From sequence record PV037725.1: DNA of 64,000 nt; one strand, 5' to 3'. Position numbers and translations under genes: made by a program. Positions 63,414 through 64,000 of this stretch are shown piece after piece. The notes under the pieces are model-generated. The model saw only the letters and a list, made by a program, of their open reading frames with translations. It searched no databases and was not told the origin of the DNA. Position 1 is the stretch's first letter; each line of letters starts with the position of its first letter.

Positions 63414-63796
63414 GGTGCAGTGTGTTTGCATGGATTAAGAACTGGCTTAACCCTACGGTTCCAGAAGTTGTGCCTGAACCACCGCCAGTTAAAATCTGGC
63501 GCTTTATGCCAATGCATATCCTCCTACCCCAGACACTTGAATTGGGTGAAGGTTATTCGATCTTTGTTTCGGTCAACAACCAACCGATAGCCAAGTATTT
63601 TGATATAGTTGCACTGGGTGCCAACTTCACTCGAACCTGTAACTTGCTGAACTACGGTAGCGATACAACTGTGTTGAACTTCAATAAGCCGTTGAATCTA
63701 CGTTGTGATCCAGGTGTGGTGGACATTGATATTGTCCAAGATAATGCAATCGTAGCCAGCTTTAAAAACATCGAAATTGACCACGACTTTAAATGA
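63410..63796 (+). CDS. hypothetical protein (paralogue of 63105..63413)
   Basis: GTGA overlap; SDTTV..FN..L and VD...Q..AI.AS shared. Confidence 0.6.
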   Translation: MRCSVFAWIKNWLNPTVPEVVPEPPPVKIWRFMPMHILLPQTLELGEGYSIFVSVNNQPIAKYFDIVALGANFTRTCNLLNYGSDTTVLNFNKPLNLRCDPGVVDIDIVQDNAIVASFKNIEIDHDFK

Positions 63797-63804
63797 GGTG
63801 ATCT

Positions 63805-64000
63805 ATGAGTAACTGTAAAGAAGGCGAAGGCCGTACCAAATTTGCACCTATTATCTTTACCAGTGCTGCCTTGGCAACCCATCGGGATTGGCAGGTATTG
63901 CTCATTGGTGATAATGACGTACTGATCGCCGAGATTGGCCGTGTAGGTGAGTGCAGTCCAGGTCAAGATGTTGAAATTGAAAAGTGGGCTAGACATGGCC
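63805..64000 (+). CDS. hypothetical protein, truncated by window end
   Basis: GAGGTG RBS; MSNCKEGEGRTKFAPII..., open to the window edge. Confidence 0.6.
   Translation, partial: MSNCKEGEGRTKFAPIIFTSAALATHRDWQVLLIGDNDVLIAEIGRVGECSPGQDVEIEKWARHG

Overview
This window is a 64-kb segment of a phiKZ-like (nucleus-forming, Chimalliviridae-type) jumbo phage, most likely of Pseudomonas. The diagnostic genes are a PhuZ tubulin, a phiKZ-type terminase large subunit, the baseplate/sheath/tube block, class Ia ribonucleotide reductase (nrdA and nrdB split apart) and DHFR. Core late genes lie mostly on the minus strand. Plus-strand blocks of small accessory genes interrupt them; each block starts at a conserved TATATTAC early promoter and ends at a GCCCCTCC-loop-GGAGGGGC hairpin. 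The most unusual part is an RNA-centred region at about 6-22 kb. It holds four canonical tRNAs (Leu-TAA, Ser-TGA, Asn-GTT, Tyr-GTA), a tRNA-like gene with an over-long anticodon arm and three ORF-free, heavily base-paired 280-450 nt RNA candidates. It also holds a ~105-nt sRNA candidate, an RlmN/Cfr-family radical SAM enzyme lacking the resolving cysteine, and a six-gene tandem array of small paralogues. All calls come from reading the sequence; no database searches or folding programs were run, and phiKZ gp numbers are recalled and tentative.
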